Origin: Chrysomallon squamiferum
Taxonomy: Eukaryota > Animalia > Mollusca
NCBI GenBank assembly: GCA_012295275.1
Contig: CM022672.1
Coordinates: 12,276,001-12,340,000, forward strand
Reading direction: 5' to 3'
Length of the DNA: 64,000 nucleotides
Shown: positions 24,399-56,335 of the stretch, in pieces
How the letters are laid out: each line of letters opens with the position of its first letter
Numbering within the stretch: the stretch's first letter is position 1
The notes under the pieces: generated by a model
Told to the model about the DNA's origin: nothing
The model's input: only the letters and a program-made list of their open reading frames with translations
Database searches by the model: none
Program-made: the position numbers and the translations under genes

Positions 24399-25080
24399 TG
24401 GCATTAGGTATTTTAAAAAAATAATTAAAAAAACAAATTTAAGGGTGCCAATGTCAGTCCAAAAGATGAAAGTTTTGAAGTGAAAATGAATGTGTTTTTC
24501 ATCAAAACTAGAAATAATGAAAGGGGGGGGAAAATTAAAAATTAATAAAACTGATTCTGAAAAAAAAGTTTTTATTCCAGCTATAAATATAAAATGTTAA
24601 CCACAGATTAGGAAATAATTATTTGAATTTAAATGTCCATATCCATATTAAAAGCAATGTAAATGTATATCTACATCAAATGTATACATATCACTTTGAA
24701 GTTTTTCTTTTTGAAAAATAACTTTATTACGTTTAACTGGCATTAGGTATTTAAAAAAAATAATTAAAAAAACAAATTTAAGGGTGCCAATGTCAGTCCA
24801 AAAGATGAAAGTTTTGAAGTGAAAATGAATGTGTTTTTCATCAAAACTAGAAATAATGAAAGGGGGGGGGAAATTAAAAATTAATAAAACTGATTCTGAA
24901 AAAAAAGAAGTTTTTATTCCAACTGTAAATATAAAATGTTAACCACAGATTAGGAAATAATTATTTGAATTTAAATGTCCATATCCATATTAAAAGCAAT
25001 GTAAATGTATATCTACATCAAATGTATACATATCACTTTGAAGTTTTTCTTTTTGAAAAATAACTTTATTACGTTTAACT
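24399..25080. repeat. Near-identical direct tandem duplication, ~340 bp x 2
   Basis: Unit starts tggcattaggtat at 24399 and at 24738, and both copies end ...ttattacgtttaac. Differences are a few substitutions and homopolymer lengths. Confidence 0.95.
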
Positions 25081-27668
25081 TTGCTTATTAATTAATCATG
25101 ACTAAAAGCTATACTGACTACATCATTTTGTGGAGCATGACAATAAAATAACCCTTTAAAGTATGTTTAGTTGTTACAAAATGTAGGCTTAATACATTCT
25201 CACATGATAATATTTACATTAATTGTTACCAATAATGCTCCTGTGACAAAACAGCAGGAAATTTCATGAAGTTATCATTTCCCTTTACAGCTTTAATGTA
25301 ATCATAGAGATAGTAATAACTTATTGACTCAGTACTCTCTACACAAGATCTCATAGGATTAATAGTTTGTAGAATAACAACATGAATGCAAAGCATAGAT
25401 TGTACAAAGGAGAAGAAACAAAGACATGAAGGCTGACCTTCAGCAATGTTTGGTTTGAAATTGAAAAACAATAAACTGTTTATTATTTATACATTGTCAC
25501 CAAAGGTATACTTAAAAAGTTAACACTTTTAGCCTTTAATCCATATTGCCACCATTTCTAACAAAAATACATGCTCAGTAAGCATAAATAAATAAATGTA
25601 TATATATATATATTTATATTTCTGTGATCTCTTCATAACATTTGAGATTTGTCTTGTGATTCCAAATTAAAAAGGAAGTACTTTATGGAAATAGTTTTAC
25701 AAGTAAAAATAGCACAAGAAGTTACAAAAATAAAAGCAAAAGCAAAAAAAACACAAAAACATTTCTATAAAAACTATGTTAAATAGATTATTTTTATTTT
25801 TTAAAATGTTATTAGAAATTGCATTAAAATAATAATATAGGACATAGCAGTTTGACTTTTTTGTTATAAAAAGAGAATAATAAATACTTTGATTATTTTG
25901 ATACCATTAACATGAATATGTTAATTACAAGAATTCATCATTATCTCTAGTAATTAATAACAGAACTTTATGTTAATTTAACTGTTGAAAGATCATTGAT
26001 AAAACTGTTACCTGTAAATTGTGACTGTATATTTGCTCATTAATTACTTCACTGGTAATTATAGATTGAATCTCAATCTCTGGTTTGTAGATTCATCCCA
26101 GATTATAACATGCTACAGCCATTTTTGTTCACCCAGATCATTAATAGAGCAAACAATACATGCATATTTCAAACTTACTTCCACCATAGGTAATATAAAC
26201 ATTAATTATTAGCCAGTCAATAAAATTAATAAATCTGTTTTATACATTTCAAATTTCCATCCATACATAACATTAGTGATCAGCCAATCAGTGAAACTAA
26301 TAAATTTGTTTTATAAATCTATATATGCCTGGAGTATCAGACAATCTTATAGTGTCATATGAAAAAAAGCAATTGGAGAATTAAGAAATAACAAGAATAC
26401 AACATTTGTAAAACATTTTATAAACCAAATTGTAAAATGTATAGAAAGAATAACAGACTATCAGTAATATTTGTTTTCCGAAAGATTGTAAAGCCTACAA
26501 AAGAATGTGAAATCAGTGTTTTAAAAATTAAGATATATTTTAGAAACTTATGGTGTTTTGCAGATATTATTAGCAGAATGACATTGTGCTCTATGGGTTA
26601 TAGCAAATAATAGAAATGTTAAGGGATAATATTTATAAATTTTACTTGGCATATTATACATACTGGCATTCCATGACCATGACCCTTAAATATGTCATCC
26701 ATTCTGGTCATTTTACACAAGCAAGATATTAAATAAATGTCATTTAAATATTTGTATTTACGTAATCTAATAATAAATCTAACTAAACTGAAGATACTAA
26801 AATACATGAATTTAAATTAGAATGTGATTCAGTTAGCAAGCAAAAATGTTTTGAATGTTTATATATATTTATATAAATGTACAGAGAAAATAATAACATC
26901 TGATAATATCTGAGGATAAAATGTAATTCTATTCAAAAGAACTGCTGATGATAAAATTTCTGTAATTTGATGAAATGTTTAAAAATAAACATCTATAATG
27001 TAATCCCAATGTTTTCTTTATGAAAATGATAATTTGATGAAATGTTTAAAAACAAACAACTACAAAGTTAACTCACTACAGAAACTACAGTATTACAATG
27101 TTCACACTCAAGTTAATAAAATCTTGGATAAATAATTTTCAATAATTCACCAAATAAAAAAGTATAAATCACAGTTTCTGTTAAAGAGTAAAGCAACTCA
27201 ATAATTAAAAATCTTTTAAAACACATTCTGCATTAAAAGAGTCTGAATTTGCTATAGAATGACATCACTGTGTGAAAATAATGCAAATTATCACAAACGA
27301 TTTCTAGAATAAACTGTGATAATGGAGGATATATTTTCCAGAAATACTTTTTTTTAATTTTTTTTTATCAGCATTTTGACTATAAAAAATGAACTGTTTG
27401 TGTCCATGCTATTAAAAGCACTGTCTTTTGTGACTTAATATAAGAAGGTTGGTGATTATACTGTAAAATAAAAAAATAAAAATAAAAAAAGTACCAAATG
27501 ATCATACAACTTTCTGTCTTCATGTGACAGTTTGAGACCAACACTATTTATGACACTTTTTAAAATTACAAAGTCCAAACACTTTTTAACAAGTCATACC
27601 TATTTATAAAAACACCAAATCAAGATGGTACTATACTGAAATATTTCCATTATCAATGATAGTGGCAT

Positions 27669-44528
<16,860 letters not shown>

Positions 44529-46684
44529 TAAATAAATACTAATAATTATTATTATTATTAGAATTAAGTAATGGCGTTCTATGGTACAGTTAATGTGTTA
44601 TTTTGTCTGGAAATATATAAATATATGTGAAACTTCATTCACCTTCCTTACTGAAAACAATCCCTTTCAAACTAGCTAATGCTTGATATCGAAGACTATA
44701 TGTAATTTTTCTTTTTATTCGTGTTAATTTATATAACTTCATTAATATATTTGTTTCTGTGTATATCTATCTACCTTTCTGTGTGTCTATCTCTCAAGCA
44801 GTTTATCTGTGTATCTATCAGTCAGTCTATTTATTTATTTATTTATCTGTATAAATAGACGCATTTAAACACACACATACACATATCAACACAAACACAC
44901 GCACACACACACATACATATCCACACACGCACACACGCACACACACACATGCAGAGTGGACTTCAAATCGGCCTTTTCGGATACATTAATATATTCGGTA
45001 ATTTATTCCTCTTACGAGTATTTGTTCCCCCTGTTGTGAATATTTTCAGGTAGTGTTCTATATTCTGTTTATGGTAGTTACTGTACACAGTGTGTGAATA
45101 TTGAAAATGACTAAACACCACTGCAAGTATTCACAAATACACATTTAAAATTGTAGATAGGTATAGAAGTAACTGGGGGATACATTTGTCTGGGTACATG
45201 ATCTCTACTCCCATTTCGAAAATAGGGATACTCTGAAGTTTTTGTATAAATGTCAGGACCCAAGTCACTTGTTTGAACTTGAAGTAAGTCCACTGATAAG
45301 ACCCTTCGTTTGGAGAGACAGACAGGGAGAGACTGTTCCGTAATACATCAATATGAACTACTATAACTTATTCAGTCACAATGTACAGATACGTTTTTAA
45401 ATAGATAAGCAATATTAGCCCCGGGCTTAAAGACTTTTCATACGACAGTCTTCAATCTTTAGGTTATTTTTTACTTTGTTTTTACTTCACGTCCTTTTTT
45501 CCGGACCAGTATTAAGTTTTTGCATGAAAACTTTTAATTTATTAAAGAAATTGTCAGACATATCCTCGCCTGTAATAACTCGGTCAGTGCGGTGATAATT
45601 TTAGTGGACTATGTTATTCTGATAGAGTATTTATATTACTCATGATCGAAACGATCGTAGGCTATAAGGAATTAAAATTATTTCTGGATATATATCTGTT
45701 TAAATACTTTTAAAGAATGGCAGCTAAACCACAAGAATGACGTGTTAAGACAAGCATTTTGAAAAAATATATGAGAAGAAGAAGAAAAACAAGTAAAGGA
45801 ATAACAAGAAGAAAAGAAAAGAAACAAAAACAAACAAACAAAAAGCTCTGTCATGCGAAAATCTTACCTAAGTTAAACCAAAGTCAAAATAATGATTCTT
45901 CAGTTCCACTTTACGTCCTTAACTTTTTCCGAAATACTAAATCCTTAGAATCATCTTCCGGGTATAGGATAATATAGGCCATTTCAAACCGGTTCTGACA
46001 GTGTAAAAACTTTGTAATATAAATATCTTCCTTGGTACACAATTTATACCTCCTTTGTATACTAGTTATTTTCTTTTAGCGAGTAGTATGCTACTGTGTA
46101 TTTTTTTCTCGGTCTATTCCACTGTTACGTTCTTTGTTTAATGAGTGTTAACCAAGCAGTATGTACTTAAGTTTAGGATCATTACGTGGAATATATATTT
46201 TTTTTTTTAACAACACAGCATGCCACACAGCGTATCAGAATTTAAATCTGTGTGGATAATACGTGCGGTATCGCTCCTTATCCACTGGCGTTACAAATTT
46301 ATTTTTATCCTTTCAACGTGACCTTACTAGACACTGGTTTTAAGATATGTCAATTGTCACTGAATGGCTTCTTACATTGTAGCTGTTGTTTAATGCATAC
46401 AATAGACATGGTGAATCATACACACTACAAAAAACAGTATGCATTCACATATACTGCATACAAACATACATACATACATAGAGAAATACATACATTATAA
46501 AACCTTACTAAACAGGACATTAAAAGCACTGTTAACAGAATATATTGATAATATACTAATGATTATACTATACTCTCTGCTGAAATAAAGGAAGTAAGTT
46601 AAAAACGTGAACACGGAGTTATTTAAGATTCTTGAGAAGATAAAATTAAAACAAGATGTTAATCATTGAAAAATGCAGAGAGGT

Positions 46685-46910
46685 GGAAAAAATATGTTTT
46701 TCTTAACAACGCACTCAACACAACTTTCAAGGACTAAAGAAACAACGAGAAAATGAACATACTCTGTCATGGGTTTTTCATTTTAGGTTAGCACCGATAA
46801 GGAAAAGCATATAAAACGATGTATGAGCATTAGCTGGACACTGAAATATCCAATAGAAGCTCCAAGGTGGAGTGATCCTACGACCAGTCACACCTTAGGC
46901 CAAGACACTG
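46685..46910. mobile_element. Degenerate dispersed SINE-like repeat (related fragments near 47930-48180, 31375-31465, 36975-37145, 54395-54455)
   Basis: Shared blocks: atgtttttcttaacaacgcactcaacac vs atgctttaggtaacgatgcattcaacgca; aaggaatcttttagatgcacc vs the reverse complement of cataaaagatcccttgctgctaatc; ggctggaac-like boxes. Resembles, from recall, an abundant gastropod tRNA-derived SINE. Confidence 0.45.
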
Positions 46911-47404
46911 TAACACAAACACAGTTTAAATCTTAATATTTTAGAAGAAAACAATAACTAACCACATTTCTTTATTTATTATTTTGTTAGAAAGAATAAA
47001 CTACGTGTTAAAATACCTTCATGGGAAAACAGCCGGTTTTAAAGGAATTCCTTTACATTGGCGATTTTGGTTCTAATAACTAATCTTCTACGTATTATTT
47101 ACTAACCATGTTTGAATAGGCGAGCTATTCACAAAGAACGCAGACCAGGAAGAAAAAGAACAAACCATTGGTTAAACAGCACAATATTATCAGCTAGCAA
47201 TGAATGACACGAAAGATCGTGGCCTGGGAAGACTTTCGTAAACAGAAACTTTATCAGATATGTTCTTTTCCGATTACTAAACTACGAAACTGGTTATGAA
47301 GATTTTGTATACAGAGGAGCAATGAATACAATTATAATTTGTTATAACAGTGATAATATGTTCTTTTCCGTAAAGACATTGACATCAATAATAATAATGA
47401 TAAA

Positions 47405-47452
<48 letters not shown>

Positions 47453-48043
47453 CAAAAAATCAGATTACATCATGTCTGTTCAAAATATCATTCTCCATTA
47501 CATTTATACAAATCTTCTATCATAAGTATCTATAACTATCATCTCATTGTATAAATAATCATGATAATAACTAAACGTTCAAACAGCTGATTCCTGTAAT
47601 TTTAAACAAACTGTTATAAAGGTTTAATAAATCACAAGAAAGACGTATATATATATATATATGTGTGTGTCACACTTTATTAGTATTGTCGTTTGACAGT
47701 TTGATAGGGTTTTTTTTGGTGTATTTTCTGTTTTTTTAAAACAAAAGTTTACATTCACAAAATATCTTACATATATTTCACACTGTAATAACAATTACAT
47801 TTCAAAAACTACAAAGCTGTAACACGTGTCAGATTATGTACAAGTTGCATACATTAAATATATTGAACGGGAATCTCCAAACTCGGCCAGTGGGTTGCTG
47901 ATATGATTTTCATTTTATCTGGCAAGGGATAAAGGAAGAAATGCTTTAGGTAACGATGCATTCAACGCATGTTGTAATCTACGATTATGCGACGTCAGAC
48001 GTCAAAACGGGTAAGGAGCATAGAAAGGAAAACAAAAGCCAGC

Positions 48044-48077
<34 letters not shown>

Positions 48078-48549
48078 TTTCTTGGAGAAATGTCACGAAT
48101 GGGATTTATTTCTAAAAATGCATCGCGATAGATAGATTCTGTGACAAGTCACACTTCAAACCAGCGCCCTACCATCTAGTTTCAGCCTACACTATCTGAC
48201 AAAGCATTTAAGCAATAATGCTTTTTTTTTTGCATTTTCTTGTAATTCTGTCAGAAAAAAAAAATATTTTAAACAGTGTTTTTTTCGGATCATGCAGGAT
48301 CACAACTTACACTACATCTACGCATTGCAAAACTCGAAAAGAATATTATTTCCCAGCACTTGTCCAGAAATGTTTGGAGACCCCTGTACTAAAAGGCTAG
48401 ATAGTTTAATGTTTCTTGTGCGTTTTCTGCATGGAGGGTACAGCCTACACAATAAATCAGTGTTATTAACAAACTTTCAACTGTGTTAGGATATAATTTA
48501 ATTCAGTCCGCATCGCAAAGAAACATTTTAAAGAGAAACTACTCGTATG

Positions 48550-48587
<38 letters not shown>

Positions 48588-48831
48588 GCACACACACACA
48601 CACCAGTATCTCCTATAATACGACCATTTTTATTATTTTTATTTCTCAATACATAATTATTTCATCATGTCTCCTCTTGATATCACTCCGTTTTTTAATC
48701 TAAGAAATAAGCGACAACATAAATAAAGAAATAAAGAAAACACAACAAAACAAAATTAAAATGAAATTAGCAAAATAAACAAAATTAAAAATTAATAAAA
48801 AAAATAATTAAAAAAAGAATATATATAATAA

Positions 48832-48888
<57 letters not shown>

Positions 48889-49070
48889 CAAAGAAAATGT
48901 AATAATAATAATAATAAATAAATAAAAAAATGTGTCAATTACAGTTTTTCTGTACTCTTCATGCCAGCTGCAGTCTCAGTTCTTCATCTGAAATCAGTTA
49001 TACTAATGCAGTGATGTAATGGACTGAACCGTCTTTTTTAATGCCTGGAAAATAAATGAACAAAAAAGGT

Positions 49071-49105
<35 letters not shown>

Positions 49106-49142
49106 TATAATAAAAAAGCAAACAAACAAACAAATAAATAAG

Positions 49143-49482
49143 TGACTGAAGATGTAAAAGTATTTTTAAATGTTAAGCAGTGAAGCTTTCTCAGAAATAT
49201 GATCAGATGTTTTTATTGGATAATAAATTATTATCTCAAAACATTTCAGTTCTCTTCCTTGGTGAAAAGTATTATGCAAACTCAAAGAGTAAATAATAAT
49301 TATATATATGAGTGTGTGTGTGTATACACATATATACAAAAGCACACACACACACCCACATACACAGATATACATACAGACACACAAAACCATATATTAC
49401 ATTATCCTTTTCTACAAATACAAACAATCAATCATTTGAGACTGCATGCATATCCATCTTGTGGAAAAGCGAGTGCATTATA
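49143..49482 (+). repeat. Dispersed direct repeat, copy 1 (copy 2 at 52759-53064)
   Basis: Colinear shared blocks: tgactgaagatgtaa.agtatttttaaatgttaagcagtgaa; aaaagtattatgcaaactca; agtaaataataattatatat; catattacattatccttttctacaaa; gaga.tgcatgcata.ccatctt. Confidence 0.9.
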
Positions 49483-50785
49483 TTCCCAGGAAATATAAAT
49501 AATTTAAAAACTACATTTAATTAAATTCTGCTGCAAGAATGAAATAAATCATCTTGTACTGTGATAAATAGTTTTCAGATGTTCAGTCTGTCGGTAAAAT
49601 CAATTTACACTTTGTGTTCTGTAATCTTTTCATGTTAGCCAAAGAAAGGGAGTGGGTTGTATTACAGAGGGTTAAAGTCAAATGCCAACGCGCGATAATT
49701 TGCATTATCTAAATTAATTACAAATCGTTACCTCATACCTAATTAATCAAAGAACATAGTAAAAGTAACCCAAGATGCAGCGGTTAGCTCTTCTGTTCGA
49801 ACATAACAAAAAAAAAAAAAAAAAAAAATACCGCCTAATAACCAGTAATATTAAATCGTTGAGGTGTCGTTATATATATATTTATATAATGTTATTCATT
49901 TGTTATAATCACTTTATATAATGCAGGAGCGCCAACAAAATTACGCAACAAAATTAAAAATAAATAAATAAATGAATGAATGAATGAATGAATAAAGACA
50001 GAAAGAAAGAAAGAAAAAATAAAAGAACGAGAAAAAGGATGCGTGAATTCCAAGTGGCCTTCATATGAAACTGTTTTCTGTTTTTAGATGTTATTTCAGA
50101 ACCAAACCGAGTTAGTTTTTAATAAAAGGGCTGATGGACAGATCCTCAGCAGTGAAAAGTAAGGAGAAAAGCTAATGGATTTAAATCTGGTAAAAATGGG
50201 ATTTATTTAATTTGATTATATAGTATTCATATCTTTCAAAGGATCAAAAATATAACCGGCGCCCTACACTATTATTCACTAGTAAAAATAAAATATCGGG
50301 AAAGTACTGCACGTATATCGCATGAGAAAAATATGTGATACACTTTCTAGTCTTTTAGTTAAATCATTTTTGCTGGACGTGTACGTTTCATAACATATAA
50401 ACCTGCCGAACTGCAGAGTGTTGATTCAACACGTATTTCACAATCCTTTCCAAGAAATCGTATACCCGCTTTAGATTCAGGAAGATAAAATGAAAATGAC
50501 CAGAACATCCTGGATCTTACCAATAACAAACAGTTTTCAGTAAAATCGGCTTTCACAAATACGTCGTGACACTGGTAATGCCGGCACAGATCGGATCTTA
50601 ATAAACAAGGCAACAGTTGTTCGTTTGCAAAAGCCCAATTTCGTGTTTTGTGGTAGCTGTGTTTGTAAATGGCGGGAGTGTGTTCATCAAGAAATATGTA
50701 ACTACAGCACGTATTCTAAACAGAGAACCGTCACGAAAATACCGCAATTGTTTTACAGTAATCAGTGGCGAGCAGTCATACTGAT

Positions 50786-51049
50786 CAGGGCCGGATTTCC
50801 CATGTAGGCTTTCTAGGCTAGTGCCTATGGCGGCAGTTTATGTTACATAAATTCGTATTTTCACATTTGAGTTAGAAATAAATCATTATGTAAATGTAAA
50901 ACCATGTTTTTACTTTCAATTAGATCGTAAGTTATAACCATTCATATTATATAAACTAAGTGGGAAGGGCGAGGGGGACTTGAGCCTTGAGGAGTGGGCG
51001 GTAAAATTTCATTAGCCTATCGGCGGCAAGCACGTTAAATCGAACCCAG
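50786..51049. mobile_element. hAT-superfamily MITE, 264 bp
   Basis: Left TIR cagggccggattt; degenerate right TIR aaatcgaacccag (9/13 match); 8-bp flanks atactgat and acactgat (7/8 match, typical hAT TSD length); subterminal gcctat(c)ggcggca at both ends. Confidence 0.75.
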
Positions 51050-52758
51050 ACACTGATACACTTTTTGTTTTTAAAATAGTTTATTTCGTTTTTTCTTTTG
51101 TTTCTTCTTCTCTTTATTTTTATTATTATTTTTTAAATTTATTTATTTATTTTTATAATCTGCCCAAAAATTAAGTTGTGTATTTGTTGATATAAATGAC
51201 TAAACTGAAAATAATTAAATTTTTCGACATTGAAGAGATATAGCAAATGAGTCATACTTAGCTTCATTGTTTCATTAAGATCTTGAATTTCAAAACATTC
51301 CTCACATAAATATGACCCAAGATATAACCATACTGACACACAAGCATACTTGAACAACTAGGTGTATCAACACAAACACATTCATATGAGCACACATTCT
51401 GAGAAATGAATAAACAGTTTAAAAGTTGTAGTACAAAACAGAATAACACGTCTATTTCTATAAAAAAGGGTAACAGGTTTAATATATGCAGTTATGTTGT
51501 TGGACTGAGGTTGAGAATTTTGCTTGAAATAAGGTGACTGTAAAATTACACTTCATAACAAAATATCTTGATCAGCAGGTTTCATGTTTTTTATTGTTTA
51601 TTAGGTTAGTAGTATTGGCTTAACAGAATAATGTATTGTTTTTCTTGGTATATGAAGCCAGGTGACACAGAAAGTGTTCTCTCCGATTGACTGACTATTT
51701 AGGTTGCGCAAGTTCAGATCTAACAATAATCCAGCTACTGCTGTCTGGTGTATGGTAAATTCTATAGGTAAATGAATACTTCCTTGTACCTTGCCTATCT
51801 TGGCATATACTGTTATAATGCTAAACAAGCTGTAAAATATATATCATGGACCAAATCATTAAAAAATACCTGATGTAATCAAGAATAAATAGATAAATTA
51901 ATAGCCAAATTGGTGTATGCTTAAATTTGAACATTATTTCATATACTGCTTATAAAGATAATATGACATTTTATATTTTTAAATGATTTTGTTCTTTAAA
52001 TAAAGTTTGTGTAATCATATGATTAACCTGGATTTCCAACATTAATCTGTCTCTATGATAAGAATTTAAATGTTATTTTTAAATTACTATAAAGATATTC
52101 AATTCTGAATAAGAACAGAACTAATTTTACTAATTACACTATACTATCAATGTTAATGCATTAATTAAATCCTACTTTTCTATTGGAAATACCCTTAATG
52201 CATTTGAATGCTTGTTTGTATTTTTCTTAAATGTCAAATCTTTCCAACTAATAAACTAATGAGAATGCATGGAGGCTGATATTTTCCATTTTATAATTTC
52301 ACACATAGAAACATTAAGCAAGCAAGGCAGAAAATAAAACATTACAAAGATAAATATCCTTAATTTATTGAGTATTCATTTTAACATTTCTGTTAACAAT
52401 ATGCCTTCATGGTAAGAAAAAGAGAAGAAAAAAACGAACAAATGTCAGGCTCCATACATCCTAAATAATTTCATATTTAACTGACATTCTTTACTAACAA
52501 AATATTGTAGAGGATAAATAAAACTGCTGCTACAGTAAGGCATATTTAAACTATTTATTTCTAATGCCAAAACTATTTGACAGATTAGAGCCTGAACTGA
52601 GACAGGCACTAGGTTTTCACTTCAGTTTTAAAGCAGCTTGCCCAGGTACAGAGTAACATACAGCAGATTAAATGGATTTATACCTTTATAGTATGACAAA
52701 AGGAAGCAGTGGGCTGTGACCACCAAGACTGTAACTATTCTTGGTTGTTCTTTTCATC

Positions 52759-53064
52759 TGACTGAAGATGTAACAGTATTTTTAAATGTTAAGCAGTGAA
52801 ATGTGAAGCTTTTTCAGAAGTATGATCATACTGGATAATAATATTATCACAAAATAAATGTTCATTCTCTTCCTTGATAAAAAGTATTATGCAAACTCAG
52901 AGTAAATAATAATTATATATCTATCTATCTATATATACATACATACATACACATACACATGCACAAAATCATATTACATTATCCTTTTCTACAAACATGC
53001 TCACAAGTTACATCAACTGGAGAGTGCATGCATAGCCATCTTGGGGAAACAAGAGTGGATTATA
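52759..53064 (+). repeat. Dispersed direct repeat, copy 2
   Basis: Colinear match to 49143-49482. Confidence 0.9.
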
Positions 53065-53144
53065 TGCTTAGGGGAGCTATTATGTTAGTTGTCACATTAA
53101 ATAAAACCTATGATTTCACTATACCTACCTGTTTTCCAATGATC

Positions 53145-53357
53145 TGTTCAGTGTGGTATACCCTGATGTTTATAATACTGAAACTTATTCAGTCTGGTAT
53201 ATCATGATTACATTGTAACAATCTCCTATGTTTTACTGAGGCTGATGTATCTGGATAACATTGTAATATCAAGTCTTAATGAGGCTGGTATATTCTAATT
53301 AAAATATAATAACCTCACTGAGGCTGGCATATCCTAATTACAATGTAATAAACTTCA
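53145..53357. repeat. Degenerate minisatellite, ~40-45 bp x ~5
   Basis: Recurring unit approximating actgaggctggtatatcctaattacaatgtaataa. Confidence 0.7.
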
Positions 53358-56299
53358 AGAGTATGTTAACAAGTATTTGCCCATTCTTCATTTGACCAAA
53401 ATGAAATAAATCAATAAATACTTTTTATATCTGAAATTGCAAATCATAAAATAAATAAAATAAAATAAAGTAAAATAAAAGGCAAAACTAATATAAAAAT
53501 ATCTTATAAAATGTTTTATTTTATAATATATATATATTTTTTGAACTATAACAAACTGCTTAATTAGCATAATTATGTATTTAATTTGTAACCAAATATA
53601 ACTGGCATAAAACTGTAAAGTATAAAATATAAAATACATAAATAGTGAACTAGAACTTTGTTTTATAAAAAGAGATATAAATGATTTAAGACACTGCTAT
53701 TAAAAATAGTTGCTAAAGCAGCTTGATAAAGCTTGATAAAGCTTGATAATGAGACAGAAAAAGTGGAAACAATTACAGGAAATATGATACAGTGGTGTAA
53801 TAACAAGATAAAATACAATGCCAGGAAATAGCAAAAATTGGTTACAAAGCCATATTTAAAATATGCTTTGATGTTGTGAAAAGATTTTTTATTGAAAGGG
53901 TATTGTCAAAAAAAAAAAAAAAAAAAACAAAAATAAAAAATATTAGTAAACCTTAAAAATATTTAAAAATCATAATCTTTTTTTTTTCTCACTATTTGCA
54001 CCAATATACTTTAATGTTCTAAAATATTCTTACAAACTTTTATATTAAGCTAGTAATAACTAATAAACCAATATATTTTTTTTGAATCTGTTAAAACCTT
54101 TCATTGTAAAAAAATAATAATAAAAAAATAAATAAATACAAATATAATACTTTTCTTAAATTTCAGTTTTAAAATTTATGCTTCTATAATCTGAGTGAAA
54201 GATAATGAAAAACACTTAGTAAATATATATTTACATGTATCAAAATAAGCATTTTCGATCTTTGTCAATTTTTATATTTCTTCAGTCTGTTTTAAGAAAT
54301 GCACTAATTTCAAAGCAAGACAGAAACAATAAAATATTACATGATTTATCCTCAAATGTTATTATCTGACTTTTCCAATCTATGAGATGTTAACCATAAA
54401 AGATCCCTTGCTGCTAATCTGTATAGCACATGAGTGGCAGAAGCATGTTTCTTTTCTTGAACAAAAAGTGTATGTAACGCCATTAGGTTAAATATGATGA
54501 GGTTTTATTAAAGACCATTAATTCACTATTATGATGTTTATGTTTATATAACACAACTACTCTGAATAAAATTTTATCAAGAAAAACATGTTTTTAGAAT
54601 TAATCTTTCTTTCATTAAAACAGATTGTTTTTTATTTTTTTGTTTCATATTTCAGCAGTGTTTGTTGCCATGTTGATTTGATTTGTGATTTGATTCAATA
54701 CAAAACATGCATTTATAAATATATAATAATGACAAAAACATTTAATTATTATTTTTAACACTACTCTAATTATTAAATGTTGAACATGTATTATAGGTGG
54801 ACTATATTCTTATATTTTGAAACAAAGCTAGAAATATTAAGTAACAAGGTGTAACAAGAACAAAATTTAAAAACAAAAACTAAAGGTTTACATCTATTAT
54901 CTAATTATAACAGTAACAAAAAACAAATTATACCCTTTTTGTTCTTGTTACATGCTGCCATTGTATGCTGAGGATGTGCAGAAATAATTAAATCTAATAG
55001 ACTGACTGTTTGAAAAATGATTTTTAATTTAATTTTTGTCACATAACTGTATCATAAAATTAATATTTGCATATAAAAGAATACTTCTTGTGATATCTTT
55101 TGAACATCTCATTATTCAGAAAATTATCATTTAAATGAAACATACAGAAATAATAAAATAAAATAAAAAATAAAAACTGAGGAAAGGTCAGTAATATGTA
55201 TTTCTTCTAAGTGAAGTATTATGCTTGTAAACATCTGAACACCTATTTATAAAGCAGAACATGTAATTTTTTGGTTTTACTTATATCTTGCACTGATTTT
55301 AAGAGTAAAATGTCATTATTGCTGAATCCATTTCTCTTTGCTGTCACAAATTGTGGAAGGAATTACAATATATTTATTATTACATTTATAATAATCACTT
55401 CCAGTATAACATGTATTAAAAACATGTATTAAAAATTACAGATGTGACTGATATCTCTATGTCTTTTATTTTCTGAAATATATTATAAAAAAACAAATAA
55501 TAATAATAATGATCTAGTATCTGCTTTGAAAACTGAATTTCTATTCCATTTTATTTTATCTTGTCTTATTTTATATAATGAGGTACATCATCTCCAATTC
55601 TTAAAATCATTTGAAAATCAATGTTTTCTTTTTTAAATGTAAAGTTCCATTTTGACAATTAATTACAGGTATTTTCATGTTTAATCAGGATATTTATGTT
55701 ACAAATTTTGTTGAATATTTTGTTTTAAATTTTCATAACATATGGAATAATCATGTTTTATTTTCAGTTTCAGTTACTTGCAAAAACTAATTAATTCATA
55801 CTTATAAGAAAAAGAAAAAAGCAACTTATCTTAAATTTGCTAAAAAAAAGTGACTTATTTCAAATTTTCAGGAAAAAATAAAACTATATAACAATAATAT
55901 ATTTCAAAAATATAAAAAGTTCTTTTCCAAAAATATTTTATGCAGTGGTATATTTTATTAAATATTTCTCTTTCATTAAGGTACAGATTATATAGGGATA
56001 TTACAGCTCATCAAATGCATTTCTTAAGTTAAATAAAAAATTTAACAAACCATGCACAAGATACACAACAATACTTATATAGACGATGCAAAACTTATAT
56101 AAAACTGACATCAGAGAATTATCAGAGAGTTATTATTTCATGCATTAATAAGGAAAATAAAAAAAATAAAACAATAATCACCAAGACCAGCATCAATTCT
56201 GGTGAGAAAAAACTGTCTATAATTTCTAAACATAACATTTTAAAATTAACATGGTCATTAGTATTTCATTTAAAAAAAAAAAATAAAAAAAAAAAAATA

Positions 56300-56335
<36 letters not shown>

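Noticed and set aside
45089-45142. Short hairpin tgtgaatattg...caagtattcaca as a possible pre-miRNA
   Set aside because: Only ~11 good base pairs and no recognisable mature miRNA.
45111-50807. Scattered 60-99 aa ORFs in the intergenic interval
   Set aside because: No recognisable domains and no chain of phase-compatible exons found.
53145-53357. Spaced repeats superficially like a CRISPR array
   Set aside because: Eukaryotic context, degenerate contiguous units without unique spacers, and no cas genes.
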